A stretch of 64,000 nt of DNA. Origin: Prorocentrum cordatum (Eukaryota). Numbering within the stretch: position 1 is the stretch's first letter; every line of letters starts with the position of its first letter. Of the stretch, positions 1-13,000 are shown piece after piece. Under the pieces are notes generated by a model. The model was not told where the DNA came from. It saw only the letters and a list, made by a program, of their open reading frames with translations, and did not search any database. Position numbers and translations under genes: made by a program. The stretch spans positions 248,001 through 312,000 of the forward strand of contig CAUYUJ010000003.1 in assembly GCA_963575745.1 (NCBI GenBank). Direction: 5' to 3'.

Positions 1-664
1 CCTCGTTCGCCAACGGACGCGGGGCTGCAAGGGTGCAAGGGAACCTCCTCCGGACAGCCGGAGTCACGTGGATGGCTTGGGCACTGGGACGCCAGAGTGC
101 CTTGACCTCTCGCGGGCCCGTCGTCGCCAGGGTTACGGCTGATGGCTGTCGACTCTGGTTGCCCCAGATGGATGCCAGGGTCAAGGGCGATGGCCGTCTG
201 AACGCACTGCGTCGTTACAACCGTTCCCGTCCCTTCTGGCCTGGCGGGCCCTGCGTCTTCTTGCGAGGTCTGCTGGCCGCCAGGGGTGCCCAGGGGCGTC
301 AGAGAGCAAGGGTACCTCCCTCTGACAGTCAGAGTTGTGAGGAGTTCCGTCCCCTTCTGGCCTGACGGACCCTGCGTCTCCTTGCGAGGTCTGCTGGCCG
401 CCAGGGGTGCCCGGAAGGGCGTCAGAGAGCAAGGGTGCATCCTTCTGACAGTCGACAGAACTGTGAGGATCACGGCTGACGGCCGTCTGGTCGCTTTGCA
501 TCAGGGGGGTGCCAGGATCACGGCAGGCGGCCACCTGCACGCTTGGAGAGGTCTGCTGGCCGCCAGGGGTGCCCGAGAGGGCGTCAGGACCCGAATGCGG
601 GGGTGCAAGGGCACCTTGTCTGCAGACGGGCACCGGGCAGCCAGGGCGCAAGGGTGCCTCTCTC

Positions 665-665
<1 letters not shown>

Positions 666-735
<70 letters not shown>

Positions 736-747
736 AAGCTGCTGCTG

Positions 748-798
<51 letters not shown>

Positions 799-831
799 AG
801 CTGGTGCTGCCTGCTGCTGCTGCTGCTGCTG
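666..831. repeat. (CTG)n/(CAG)n microsatellite followed by very GC-rich low-complexity sequence
   Basis: Directly visible triplet run; explains the poly-Q/A/C/L/S ORFs in all frames. Confidence 0.95.
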
Positions 832-1595
832 CGGGGGGCCGCCGAGTGCGGGCGGCGGCGGCCGCCGCCGCCGCAGCGCCAGCGGCCGCGCCGCTGGCGG
901 CCGCGGGGGCGGCCGCGGCGGCGCTGGCCACCGCGCCCTCCACCGCCGCCGCCGCCGGGGCGGGGGCGGCGGCGGCGGGCGGCGGCGGCGGCGGCGGCAG
1001 GGCCCGAGGTGGCGCTGCCCTCGGGCGCCGGCGCGGCCGCAGCGGCCCAGGCGCCGCCCGACGCGGCTGCCGCCGACGCGGAGCTGCCGCGGCCGCGGCA
1101 GCAGGGGGTGCGGCCGCGCGCGCGGCCAGCAGGGCCGCCCGTGCCGCGGCGGCGACGGCCAGCCAGAGGCCGCGGCCGCCGCGGCCTCCGCAGTGTCCAG
1201 GGCCGCGCCGCCGGCGGCCGCGGCAGCCTCGGCGGCAGCCTCGGCGGCAGCCTCGGCGGCAGCCTCGGCGGCGGCCGCGGCGGGCCGCGCGGCTGCGCTG
1301 CCAGCGGCCGCGGCAGCGGCCGCGGCGGCGGCCTGGCCGAGCGGCCGGTCGCCGCGGCGGCGGCGACGCCGGTGGCGGCAGGCCAGGCGGCGGCGCCGCG
1401 GCGGGGCGGCCGCGCCGGCGGTGCCGGCCCGGCGCGCGGCCGCCGCGGCCCGCCGCTGCTGCCGCCTGCAAGCCGCGCGCGGCGACATGACGCGGGCGGG
1501 GGGGGGGGGCAAGACGACGCGCGTCTTCCTGGCCCCCACCAAGCGAACGAGGTCGGGGCACCTCCGGCCCCAGGCGCGCAGCCGGCTCGGCTCAC

Positions 1596-1631
1596 CTTGA
1601 GCCAGAGGGGGCTTGAGCCAGTGGCTGCGGA
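1596..1631 (-). other. Tandem degenerate dinoflagellate spliced-leader relics (one near-full, one truncated)
   Basis: Minus strand reads tccgcagccactggctcaag-ccccctctggctcaag, compared with DinoSL tccgtagccattttggctcaag and the typical truncated relic ccattttggctcaag. Confidence 0.65.
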
Positions 1632-2315
1632 CTGGTGGGAATATTTTTTTCGGTCGCGTCCGCCAGCGAAGGCGCTAATGGAGTCAGAAGCGCTCCGGGA
1701 CACGGAAGCGGCCTAATTTGCTACTAAGCGCGCCGCAGGCCGGCCGGCCCACTCACCAAGCAGCGGCAGGCTGCGCGGGGGAGATGGCGAGCCGAGGGCG
1801 TCCAGGGAAGCCCAAGCACTTGCAGCCCAGCAGAATGCTGGAAAATTACGGTTGTGCCGTGAGGCAAGACCCGCTCGAAGCACGAGGACGAGTGCGGCGA
1901 TGACTGCGTGTCCAACATGCCCGTTGGGCGTCCAGGGGTAGTAAGCGATGGGCGAGTCGCCAGTGGGGCGCCAAGCCCACGTCGCGCCAACGGCGTCTGC
2001 GAGCCAGGTGAGCTGCGCTGCCGAGGAACGTTGCAAACCAGCCTGGAAGGTGGGAGGGGCCCCGAAGAGCGGCTGCGGCTGCGAAGGCTGAACCACTCGA
2101 AAGCGGCCCGAACTCCAAGGTCCACCATCCCGCGCACCACGGGGAAGGCCCCGAGACTCCAGGGGGCCGACCCTTCCACCAGCTGCGCGAAGGTCGCCGG
2201 TTGATGCACTGCGTGAGAGAGGCCAAGCTGGCGGGAATGGACATCGCCAGCGAGGCATGGGAATCCAGGGTAGAGCTGCACGACAGCCGCCCGCATGATG
2301 TACGGAAGGGCGGCC

Positions 2316-3853
2316 ACCGTCGGGGCGCTGTCTTACCCGTCGAATCTGCCATTCCCCGCGGGGATCCAGGGTCGCAGCTAACCGCCGCTGTGAGTGGGGT
2401 GAAGTTACCGCCATCAGCGCAGGGTCCTGGTCAGCCCTGGGGTGGGGGGACGACGATCCAAGGGTCTGCAAGCCTGGCAGCAGCCCAGCCTGGAAGAGAC
2501 CCGAGGGGAGGGGCGGTGGGGACAGACATCGCCGACCCTCCACGCGGAGGGGCCCCCTAGGGACACCTGGCGAGAGTGGGGGGCACGGAGAACGACCACC
2601 TCGCGATCCAGGGGCATGTGAACCCGGCGGCAGCCGGGCCCAGGAGGGGCCCGAGGAGAGAGGCGGTGGGGACAGACATCACCGACCCTCCACGCGGATC
2701 CCAGGGGCACCTGACCAGGGGGCAATGGCACCGAAGCCAGGGCCAGAACTCCAGGGATGCAGCCAACTGCAGCGCAGGGTCCGCTCGACTCGTCCAGGGT
2801 GGCCTTCGGCCTCTTCCGCTTCGATGTCCAAGGGAAGGCCAGGGTGACGGCCGGATGCCGTCTGAGGTGCTGTCGGCAACTGCCCCCGGGAGTACGACAG
2901 CAGTCCGTGTGAGAGACAGATGGGCATGGCAACCACCTGCATGAAATAGGGAGGGGCGGTCACCGCCGGGGCACTGCCTTACTCGTCGTATCTGTCATTC
3001 CCCGCGGGGATCCAGGGTCGCAGCTAACCGCCGCTATGAGTGAGGTAATATTGCCGAACGGTCGAGCTTCCCGCCCTCTATTAGCGCAGCCTGGTGGGTA
3101 TACGCGAAGCGTCACGAATTCAAATCCAATAACCCCATTGTGAGTCTCCAGGCGCTTGAGTTTGTCCTCAGACGGCTGTTCCACTGCATGCTTCTGCTCG
3201 CCCCTGATCAATGCAACTCACCCGGCGATCACCGTCGGGGCACTGTCTTACCCGTCGTATCTGCCATTCCCCGCGGGGATCCAGGGTCGCAGCTAACCGC
3301 CGCTATGAGTGAAGTAAACCGCCGTCCGCGCGGGGTCCTGGTCAGCCCTGAGAGTGGGGGGACGATCACCCCCGCGTTCCAGGGGTCTGCGAGCCCGGCA
3401 GCCTGCCCAGCCCGGGAGAGGCCCGAGGGGAGGGGCGGTGGGGACAGACATCACCGGCCCACCACGCGGAGGGGCTCCCCAGGGACACCTGGCGAGTGAG
3501 GGGGGCATAGAGAACGACCACCTCGCGATCCCGGGGCATGTGAACCCGGCAGCCTGCCCAGCCCAGGAGGGGCCCGAGGAGAGGGGCGGCGGGGACAGAC
3601 ATCGCCGACCCTCCACACGGAGAGGCTCCCAGGGAGACCTGGCGAGGGGGCAAGGGCGCCGAAGCCAGGGCCCGAACTCCAGGGATGCAGCTAACGGCTG
3701 CTCAGGGTCCGCTTTCACTCGTCCAGGGTGGCCTTCGGCCTCTTCCGCTTCGATGTCCAAGGGAAGGCCAGGGTGGCGGCCGGCTGCCGTCTGAGGTGCT
3801 TTCGGTATCTGTCCCCGGGAGTACGACAGCAGCCCGTGTGAGAGACAGATGGG
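2316..3853. repeat. Two diverged copies of a ~610-625 bp direct repeat (about 2316-2925 and 3229-3853), each with an internal sub-duplication
   Basis: Both run from caccgtcggggc(g/a)ctgtcttacccgtcg to cgtgtgagagacagatgggc; ggggacagacatc occurs twice in each copy. Confidence 0.9.
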
Positions 3854-6800
3854 CGGTCCTCGTCAGGGCTTATGTCTCGTGCCCGTAGTCTCTGCTACTC
3901 CCCGCGTGGATCCAGGGTCGCGGCTAACCGCCGCTCTGAATGAGTGAAGACGGAGCGTCCAAGGAGGGGGCGATCAAGAGGCAGAGCATCCCCAGGGTAG
4001 ACGAAGCCTGCTATGGCTCTGTTGTCCAGGGGGGCCGCACCTGCTGCAGCGAGAGAGGGCAGCCCCCCACCCTGCCACGCCTCTCCGTTTCAGAGTGCAC
4101 GACTGCAACGGCACGGGGCTGATTTCTCTTACTTCCAGGGTGGCCGCGGCCTCTACAGCCCCGAGTCCGATGCGCTGTCCGTCAGGGAGCGGGCGGGGGC
4201 CGCCTCTGAGCACGGGCCTGCCCTCTGCAGCACTCGGGCACGGGGAGGCGAGGGTGCCTAGAACGCCCGCGGACGCAAGGCCGGACGGGGGCGAAGGGGG
4301 CCCCAAACGGACAGCCGGCGCCGAGGAGGGCAGGGGCACCGGGATGCAAGAGTACCTTGAGCCCCCGCGGATCCCTCCCCGCCGAGGGGGGCCGCGGAAC
4401 TGGCACCCAGGGATACGGCCGCTGGCCCAGAGCTCGCGGTCAACGTCGGGGCACTGTCTTACCCGTCGTATCTGCCATTCCCCGCGGGGATCCAGGGTCG
4501 CAGCTAACCGCCGCTATGAGTGAGGTATTATTACCGCCGTCAGCGTGGGGCCCTGGCCAGCACTGTGAGAGGGGGGGGAGGGCAGAGTTGATCCAGGTTC
4601 GCAGCTAACCGCTGCTCAGTGTTGAGAGAAGAGAGCGGGGCGAACCCAGGGGAGGCGAAGCCTGCAATGGGTCAGATGCGACAAGTACCAACGGCCCGCC
4701 CGCGGTGCAAGCCATGTGACGGCTGCCAGCGTGCCGGGGGAACCAGAGATGCAGCTAAAGGCTGCTCAGGGAGCGTTGGTCAGGGGGCCGCGCCTTGGCT
4801 GCGCGGGCGGCCAGCCGCTGACAACTGCGTCGTCGCTCCAATACGGTGTACGACTGCAACGGAACGGGGCTGACTTCCCTTGCCACGCGGCCGTCCTGTC
4901 CCAGGGGCCGGCAAAACCTTCGCTGCCAGTGCGGTGCCACGACGGACGGGGTGTAGCTAACGGCGGCTGCTCTGAGTTTTGTGGCCTCAGTACACAAGGG
5001 GGCATCGGTACACCAAGGTTGCGGCAGACGGCCGCCTGGGATGAGGTACGCGCCGACACCCCGTGCGAGTGCTGTTGGACGTCCTCGAGGCTGGGGTTGC
5101 ACGCCGGAGGGGCCCTCCGGAAGTTTTGGATGCAAGCCCGCGTCGCCCACCCCACATTCCCGTAGCACCCGACGCCACCGACGCGGTGCAGCACTCATCT
5201 GTCACGCCGGCGACTGCTGCAACGGTCGCACCTTGGCCTGCGCCGCTGCACGCGGCTGGGGCGAGCGCCCGGGGGCTTGTCTCCAAGCCCGGGCCAGCCC
5301 TCTGCAGCACTCGGGCACGGGGAGGCAAGGGTGCCTTGATCGCCGTCGGACGCAAGGCAGCAAGGGTGCGAGGGAACCCCGAACGGGCAGCCGGAGCCGG
5401 GACAGGGGCACGGGGATGCAAGAGTACTTTGAACCCTCGCGGATCCCTTCCCGCCAGGGGGCAACGGAGCCTGCATCCAGGGATACGCTGCTGGCCTGGA
5501 GCCCACGCGGATCCCTCGCCGCCAGCGCGGTACCTCGTCGAGGAGCAGCTAGCGGCTGTTCGCACACTTGAACCCACAGCGCAGGCGGCCCCCCTCCTGA
5601 TGCCGAGGGCTGCCACGGCCGCCCCCGCCGCCGCCCAACGCGCTGCCGCCTGAACGCGCTGCGCAGTTGAGGGAGCAACGGAACCAGCGCCCAGGGAAAC
5701 GGCAGCAGGCCGGGGCTCGCGCGGATCCTTCGCCGCCAAGGTGGTGCCTCGACGGGGTGCAGCTAACGGCTACTCCGAGTTTTGTGGACTCAATACACCA
5801 GGGGGTCGCGGTGCACCAAGGTTGCGGCAGACGGCCGCCTGGGATCTGAGGATGCACGCCGTCCGGGCTGCGGCCCATGGCCGTCGACACCGACTGTCCC
5901 CGCGGGAAGCCGTCGTTCCTGAACGGGCTGGTGGGGGAGCGAAGGCCCGCAGGCTTGCGTGGCGGGCCAACCGTTGCGCGGGAAGCCAGGGGTTCGGCCC
6001 TTGGCCGACAGCGCGGCAGACAGGTGTGAAACACGGGCGAGCGCGCCCGCAGAGCGTTAGGAGACGACCACCCCCTGTTTCTTGCCCTTCCTGGGTGCGC
6101 GGCTGTCCGCGTGGCCATTCGCCGCCTGGCCACCCCTGCCCGCGCCGCCGCTTCGACCCGGGCGCCGGTGCCGCAGCTGAGCCCAGTCGACGCCGAGGCC
6201 CAGCGCGTCGCTCACGGCCCGCACGTCGCACTTGTGGCTGCGGAAGGAGTACAGGAAGTGAAAGCAAGTTTGCGGGTCGTGCCGCAGCGGGTCGAGCGCG
6301 CCTTCGCTGCCGGGCGCGGCCTGCTGCGTGGCGAACGCGTGCCAGGTGCCTGTGAACATTGCCCCCAAAGTGGCTTGAAGCCGCCTTGCCGCCTCGCCGG
6401 GTGTCTCCCCGGGAAGGCCCCACTGGATGGTGCCGATCTTTGCTTTGTACAGCTGCTGTCCCGTGTCGGGGTCTAAGGGCTCTGGCCACTGGCGCGGCTC
6501 TGACCATTGGCGCTGCCGCGCGCTCTGGCCGCAAGTCCCAGGCGAACCAGCCCCGCTGTCCTGGACGGAGGGCTCGAAATCTGTTTGCGACAGTTCCGGT
6601 TGCACGGCTGGCGGGGCCCTGCGGGTTGGCGCGGGCCGCGCAGATGGCCGCGGGCAGGGGCCGGATCGCCTCCGGCAGCTCGGGCGGACGCTGCCCTGAG
6701 GCGCGCGGGGAGAGGCCCCTTTCGCTGGCGTTCGCCTTCGGGCCTGCGCCCGCCATCGCTCACGGGCGCGCCCCCTCCAGTCGCCGCGAGGCTCTCGCCG

Positions 6801-7895
6801 GGCGCGGGGGCGCCGCTGGTCGCGCCGGGTGCGCGCGCGCGGCGACGCCGTTTCCATTGCCAGGTCACAGACTTCTTTGTCAGGCGTGTCCTGGGCGTCT
6901 GGAGGGGGCGCCTGAGGTTCGCCGCCCATTCGGGCGGGTTCACTGGCAGGGGAAGGAAGGCGAATAGGCGCGAAGGGGCTTCTCCCGACGAGCCGGCGGA
7001 TGGCTTCGATGTCCTGCGTCTGTAAGGCAGATCCGTGGTCCCCGTGTTTGGTCTGTGGCGTTCCCAGAGGACTTCTGACGGTCTGCCTATTTTGTGGAGA
7101 AGGTGGGGGTGGCACGCTGTGGCAGGCGAGCCCCTGCTGGTCCAGAATCTCGCCCCGCGGACTGTTGCGGCTGCCGTCCGCACTTTCGGAAGCAAACTCC
7201 TGTCTACCCGATTCTGATCCAGGGGCGCGGCTGACGGCTTGCGCCTCATCCGCACCTTCAGTGGCCTCCGCCGCTTCAGGCGCCCATTCTCCCGCGGCCT
7301 CCGCAGCTTCCACCCCTTTCCGCCGCAACCTCCTTCTCCTTCTCCTTGACCTCCAGGGTCGCATCTCCTGTCCCAACCGGGCAGATGGAGTCGAGAAGAT
7401 GGCTCGGGCACTGAGATGCAAGAGTGCCTTGAGGTCTCGGAGACCGGGCATCAGGGAGCAAGGGTACCTCCTCCTGACCCGTTCCGCCCCCTGCGCCCGT
7501 CGCATCTGCCATTCCCCGCGGGGATCCAGGGTCGCGGCTAACGGCCGCTTTGAGTTGATGTATAATTATCGCCGTCAGCGCTGGGTCCTGGTCTACCCCG
7601 TGAGTGGGGAGGGAGGGCTGTTCGGGGGGGATCGGGGTCTGGGCAGGGTCTGGGGGGGGGCATGGCAGGATCCAGAGTCTGGGCCCCCCGTTCCTGCACT
7701 GATTGGTCCCCATCCCCTCCGCCGCGGTCCAATCCGTCGATCTTCCCACCCTCTATCGGCGCAGTCGAGGGTGGGCCGACTGCGGCCCGCTGAGGCTCGT
7801 GTTGCCTGGCGGCGTTGCTGCCGCGGTGGCCGACGCGCCCGTGGTGGCTGTGGGTCCGAGTTGATCCAGGGTCGCAGCTAACGGTCGCTCTGAGT
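2316..7895. repeat. Dispersed ~80-bp module (ctgtcttacccgtcgtatctgccattccccgcggggatccagggtcgcagctaaccgccgctatgagtgag), about 6 near-full plus partial copies
   Basis: Copies near 2325, 2970, 3240, 3885, 4450 and 7495; partial copies near 4590 and 7860. Confidence 0.85.
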
Positions 7896-7971
7896 TGAGG
7901 TATCGTTGTGTCCGTCGGTACTGCATCCTGGTCTACCCCGAGTGGCGGGGCCTGCTGGGTTCCAGGGGTGC

Positions 7972-7991
7972 CCTGCTGCTGCTGCTGCAGC

Positions 7992-8029
<38 letters not shown>

Positions 8030-8055
8030 CGGCTGTTGCTGCTGCTGCTGCTGCT
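7972..8055. repeat. (CTG)n microsatellite with GC-rich flank, paralogous in layout to 666-1631
   Basis: Visible triplet run; both loci show ccaggggtgccc motifs, a CTG run, a GC-rich block and then an SL relic followed by ctggtgg. Confidence 0.9.
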
Positions 8056-8815
8056 GGCTTCCAGGGGTGCCCTGCTGTTGCTGCGGATGAGCAGGGGGGG
8101 CGCCGAGGGCGGCGGCGGCGGCCGCCGCAGCCGCCGCGCCAGCGGCCTCGCCGCAGGCGGCCGCAGGGGCGGCCGCGGCGGGCGGCCCCGGGCCCCGCCG
8201 CCCGCCGCCGCCGGGGGGCCGGCAACGGCGGCAGCAGCGGCCGCCGCGCCAGCGGCCGACGCGCCGGCCACGGCGCCGCCGGCCGCCGCCGCCACCGGAT
8301 GGGATCCGGCGGCGGCGGCAGTCACCGCGGCGGCGGCGGCGGCCGCCGCGCAGGAGCAGGCGGCCGCCGCGGCCCACAGGCCGGCGGCAGCCGCCGCGGC
8401 GGCGGCCTCGGCGGCAGCGCCCGCGGCGTCGGCGGCGCCGCCAGCGCGCGCGGCAGCCGCGGCGCCTGCGGCGCCAGCGGTTCCGCGCCCACGCGCCAGC
8501 GCCCCAGGGCCTCTCGGGCGGCCTCGGCGGCAGCGCACGCGGCGCTGGCGGCGCAGCGGCGCCGCGGCGCCGGCGGCGCCGGCGGCAACCGCGGCGCCAG
8601 CCGCGCGCGCGGCAGCCGCGGCGCCGACGGCACCAGGCGCCCGCAGCGCCAGCAGCGAGCACCGCGCGCCCCCAGGCGAGCCGCCGCTGCCGCCGCCGCC
8701 GCGACGCCGGGGACTCCATCAGGCCCGGCGGCAGCGCGGCGGGACGGCTCCACCCAGGCCACGCAGGCCAACCTCGAGCCCCAACCCCAGGGGAAGGAGC
8801 GCCCCCGGGCAATGG

Positions 8816-8835
8816 CTTGAGCCAGAGGCTACGGA
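8816..8835 (-). other. Degenerate dinoflagellate spliced-leader relic
   Basis: Minus strand tccgtagcctctggctcaag versus tccgtagccattttggctcaag; followed by ccattg, which resembles the start of a second relic. Confidence 0.7.
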
Positions 8836-8844
8836 CTGGTGGCC

Positions 8845-9480
8845 CCTTCCAGAATGCTGTTCCCGCCGTAGCGCCGCGCGCATCCGCCCTTCAAAATTGC
8901 ACCGCTTTCACGGGTGGAGGGCGGGTCGCTTTCAGACTGCGGTTCTCGCCACAGCGCCGCGCGCGTTCTCGGCGAAGTCTGCTGCACTTTCACGGATGGA
9001 GGGCGGGCCGTCTTCAAAATGTGGCTCTCGCCTGAGCGCCGAGCACCTTCGTCGTGAAAGCTCACAACAGATTCTCGGATGAAGGGCGGGCCTTGTCCAA
9101 ACTGCGACGCTCGCCTTAGGGTCGCCCGCGCTCGTCTTGAAATCTTGCAGTCGTTTCAAAGATTGAGGGCGACCCCTTCTGAAAATGTAGCTCTCGCCTT
9201 TGCGCCGAGCGCGCCCGTCTTAGAAGTTCGCAATGCGTTCGAGGGTTCGTGCGGTTGAAGTCTCAGGAACGGCGTCCTGGCGAGGTTTAGGGCTGTCAAG
9301 ACCCAACAGCAACCTTGATTCACGGTGTTGAAAGCCCAGGAGTAATGTTCTGGCATGAGTTCGGACTGTCAGGGGGCAGCAGTCACGTTGATCCGCGGCG
9401 TTGAGGTCCAGAAAATGCATTTCTGGCAGGATTGGGGATTCTCAGACGGGCGTCTTCTCCTGGGCCACTTCGCCGGGTTT
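8845..9480. repeat. ~83-bp degenerate minisatellite (tgtggctctcgccttagcgccgcgcgc core) plus tail; paralogue at about 26570-27172
   Basis: Core recurs near 8942, 9024, 9106 and 9190; both loci continue into ttgattc(a/g)cggtgttgaa and ctgggccac. Confidence 0.8.
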
Positions 9481-10099
9481 ACTGCAGCGTCGTTGACGCG
9501 CCCTGGTTTTTCACTGCTCCACATCTTCCTCCTCGCGGCCCCTCGCCTCTGCGCGCATGCGCCCCAGGGGCGAATGTAACGCTCTGCAAGGGGCTGCTCT
9601 GAATCCACCAACCAGCCCTGCGACGCCTCACGGTTTCGACCCGATGCAGCCATTGCGGCGCGAGGGGGCCGCGCGCATTGGTCAGCCGATTTACATTCAA
9701 GAGTTTGGCATCTCGGACTTGCGGATGCGAGGCGAGCAGCGATGATGACCGCAGTAGCCATCCCTGCGACAATCTAATGTTCCTTGTCTCGGGTGCCCAT
9801 TGTCTCGCTGTTAGGCAACATGCCGGACAGGGGCGATGCTTGGATGGGCCTCCCGGCTTGGGTGAAGCGCCCATTGAAAACCCAGTCATCGGGGCTGCCT
9901 CCCAACCGCGCCAAGGGCAGGGCCAAAGGCCGACTGCGCAGATCTTTCAATATCCGCTCGTTTCGAGCCACTGGCGGTCTTCGACCTTGAAAGCGTGCGC
10001 CGGGATTGCCGCCGCGCCCGCGAGACGCGAAACTGCTGAATTGGCTCGTGGTAGCGAACCTCCTGCACGCGGCCCCCACGGGCGACCGTAAGCCACCAT

Positions 10100-13000
10100 A
10101 AGCGCAATTACAACGTGATCAAAACTCAAATTGACGAGGCCTCATGATGAGCCTGAGATCGTCCAGGGTCGTTCGGCAAACGCGCGCTGGGGGTGTTGAG
10201 CCCCTGGGGCGAGGCCCAAACATGGCATCGGCATGGGCCGGACTTGCTCTTGGAAGATCTTGGGAATCACGACTGGGGATGTTGGCGCGTTTGCCCTGAA
10301 GGTCTTCACGTGGCGGGATAGCTGCCTCGTCCATTAGGCCTGCGGAACGCCTCTGGGGCGGGGTCGGGGCCCTTGCCGCGAAGCCCTCGCGAGGGGGGCC
10401 ATGGCGCCTCCATGACGATCAGCACTTTCAGTGCGCGCGGGAATCCTCCATGGAAGATATAGAGGGCTGAGGCCGGCGCGCGCGACGGTCTCTATCTCAG
10501 CGCGGCATGTCGCCAAGACTTCTCCAGGGACTGCGCGAGCCCCCACGTTGTCTCAGCAGGCCCCGCGAATCCACCAGGACCGTGCGGGGGTCGCGCCCGG
10601 AGAACGTTGAGGCCCTCGCCCTGAGAGCTTCAACGCGGCCTCAACGCGGGCCTGGAAGCCGTCCGGCGACGCCTGGGGCCCTCGGCATGAGAACCTCAAC
10701 GTGGCCCCAACAGGAGCCGAACATCGCCTGGCGTTGCCAGGGTGAATCGCATCTGGCGGACGTCGCGGGCGTTCTCGTGAACGCCTCGGCGCGGCTCCAT
10801 CGCGTCGTGGCCAACGCGGGCCAAACGAGTCCCCAGGTTGCACAGTAATCATCGGATTGGCGCCCTTGCAAATTATCGCCAGTGGACTCGCAAAAATCCG
10901 CGAGGAAGCGGCAGCGTGAGATTTCAGTGCGTTCTTGTACTCTAGATGCGCAATAATGTTTCAGGTGGCCATCCACCCCGCGACTTCTACGGGGTAGGGG
11001 GAGGGGGCAGGGTTCACGCGTGGCCACCGAGTGTTTGTGGTGGCAGCACATGCATGGTGCAACCTGGCGTTTCTATCTAAATTGAGCCATTTACGCGAGG
11101 AGCTGATGCGGCCGGTGCCCTGCCTCTACGTCTCGGCGGCACAGCTGGCGCGCAAGCTTCTCGCCCGTGAGGTTGGTCCACGCGGCGGGGTCCACGATGG
11201 CGCTGGCTCGCCTGAAGCGAGCTGGGTGGGACTGTGACGCGCCCGAATGGCACGCTCGTTTGCTGAGCTGGCGGCAGGCCACCTGGGATGCGCATTGGCT
11301 GTGCCGCCCTGCGGTGAGCCTTGCGGCGACGGCCGCCCCCGAGCGGCGCGATCTCGCGCTCTGCCAACTGTCGCCTACACGTTAGGCATTGTAAGAAAGA
11401 TGCTCGGGACTGGTCGCCGCGGAGTGCTTCTTCTACTGCTCGCGCCTTGGCGCCGTTGTAGCACGGGGCGGCCTGGGCGTCGGCGCAGCCCAGGCGTCGG
11501 GCGCAGGGCGACTGCGAGATCCAAGCGGGCGTAGTGGTCCAGACTGATGTCGCACATGCCACCAGCGTCGACTTCAATTTCAATGAGTTCTGACTCTGCG
11601 CGTAGATCCGACGGCGGTGGCGGCGGCGCGACGGTCGGGGGCCCAGCCGCGCCCTTGCCGATCATCTGTTGGGCTCGCTCACGTCGGCGAGCGCGCCGCT
11701 GTTCCATCTGGGCGTCGCTGTCGGCCCCCAATCTGGCCATGGGAGACGGCCGGAAGGAGATCTCAGGGGCCAGATCGTTGGTCCTGATGGCCGCGGTCGG
11801 CACTTCAGGCATGTGCTCGCATCCGCGGATTTGCTGTCTGTCTGGCAGGGCAGTTCGCGCTAGCTGACTCTGTCGTAGGCGCGCGAACTGGCCGAACCCC
11901 TCCGACGCGAGGGGCGGCGATGCGCCGGTCGTCAGGGACCGCGAGTTGGCCCTCGCAGGAGCGGTGGCGCCTGCGGTGTCCTGCGGGTCGAAGAGGCTCA
12001 CTTCGCGGGAACCCAATAGACCTGCAGTCCTCCGTTGTGCGTTGACGAACGGACGAGCTCCTTCAGTTGCCGCTGCGGGCTCCGCGGCGGCGGCGGCCGT
12101 GCCAGGGGGCGGCGGCGGCGCTGGGAGTTGGGGTGGTCCTGATACTGGCACTGCAATGTTGAACATCGGAAGTGGCGGTAAGGCAACTGGCGCGTCGGCG
12201 CGCGCGCGGCTCTGGGCCGCGGCGAACGAGGCTGCTGACCGCGAGCCGTGGACCGATCCAGGCATCTGCCAGGAGCCGTCGGCCGATGGCTGCGCTGGCG
12301 TGGCACTGCGACTTCGCCGCGGCTCAGGAGGGCCCTGACTTGCCATGGGTGCACCCCCCGAAGTCCCGGCAAATCGGCCAGAGTCCAGGGTGCCGTGTAC
12401 GGGCCCGGAGTCCGCGTGGCATCTGAACTGGTCGCCGCTGCCTCTCCCCCGTGGTAATGATGCGGTGCCTTGCGTGCGCTCAACATGGAAGTGGTGCTCG
12501 CTCCCACAGATGCCGCGCGTCGTGGCGGTCCCGTCGTAGCCTTGCGGATCGTGGCGCCTGCTTTATCCTTTGCCTGACGAGCGCTCGCCCTTGCCCTGTT
12601 CTGTTCCACCGAAGAAGACCTGATCTACTTGGATCTGAGAGCTCCATGAGGAACGAATACTTCTGGGAACCCTTGCCTTTGCTTCTTGCCTTTTCTACAG
12701 AAGTTGCTGTCATTCTTAATGAACCTACATGCCTTATGAGTATGACGTCGCACATGTCTGCGCCGCTGTCATTTAACAGTCTTCATCTGCCAGAACAACT
12801 GGGCATCCATCTTGGCGGGGCTGAGACCTTGGGGCCCTCCGCCGGGTTCCAAGCTTGTGTCTGAACAAATCCCGCTGTCGCGGCCGCCCCCGCGCGCGGG
12901 CGCCCGCGCGGCGGCCTGGTGCTGCCCGCGATGGCGCGGCGCTCTGCGACGGGCCGGTAGCCTGCGAAAGATGGCGGCGCGCGAAGAGCGCTGGCGATGT

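Noticed and set aside
181..1716. Long overlapping ORFs with poly-Q/A/C/L tracts
   Set aside because: Explained by the CTG microsatellite and extreme GC content; open in nearly all frames.
2316..2400. Hammerhead or HDV-like ribozyme in the 80-bp module
   Set aside because: I could not find the hammerhead CUGANGA/GAAA core or build an HDV fold by eye; a covariance-model search would be needed.
11082..11090. ttgagcca as an SL relic
   Set aside because: Too short and internal to the decayed LTR element.
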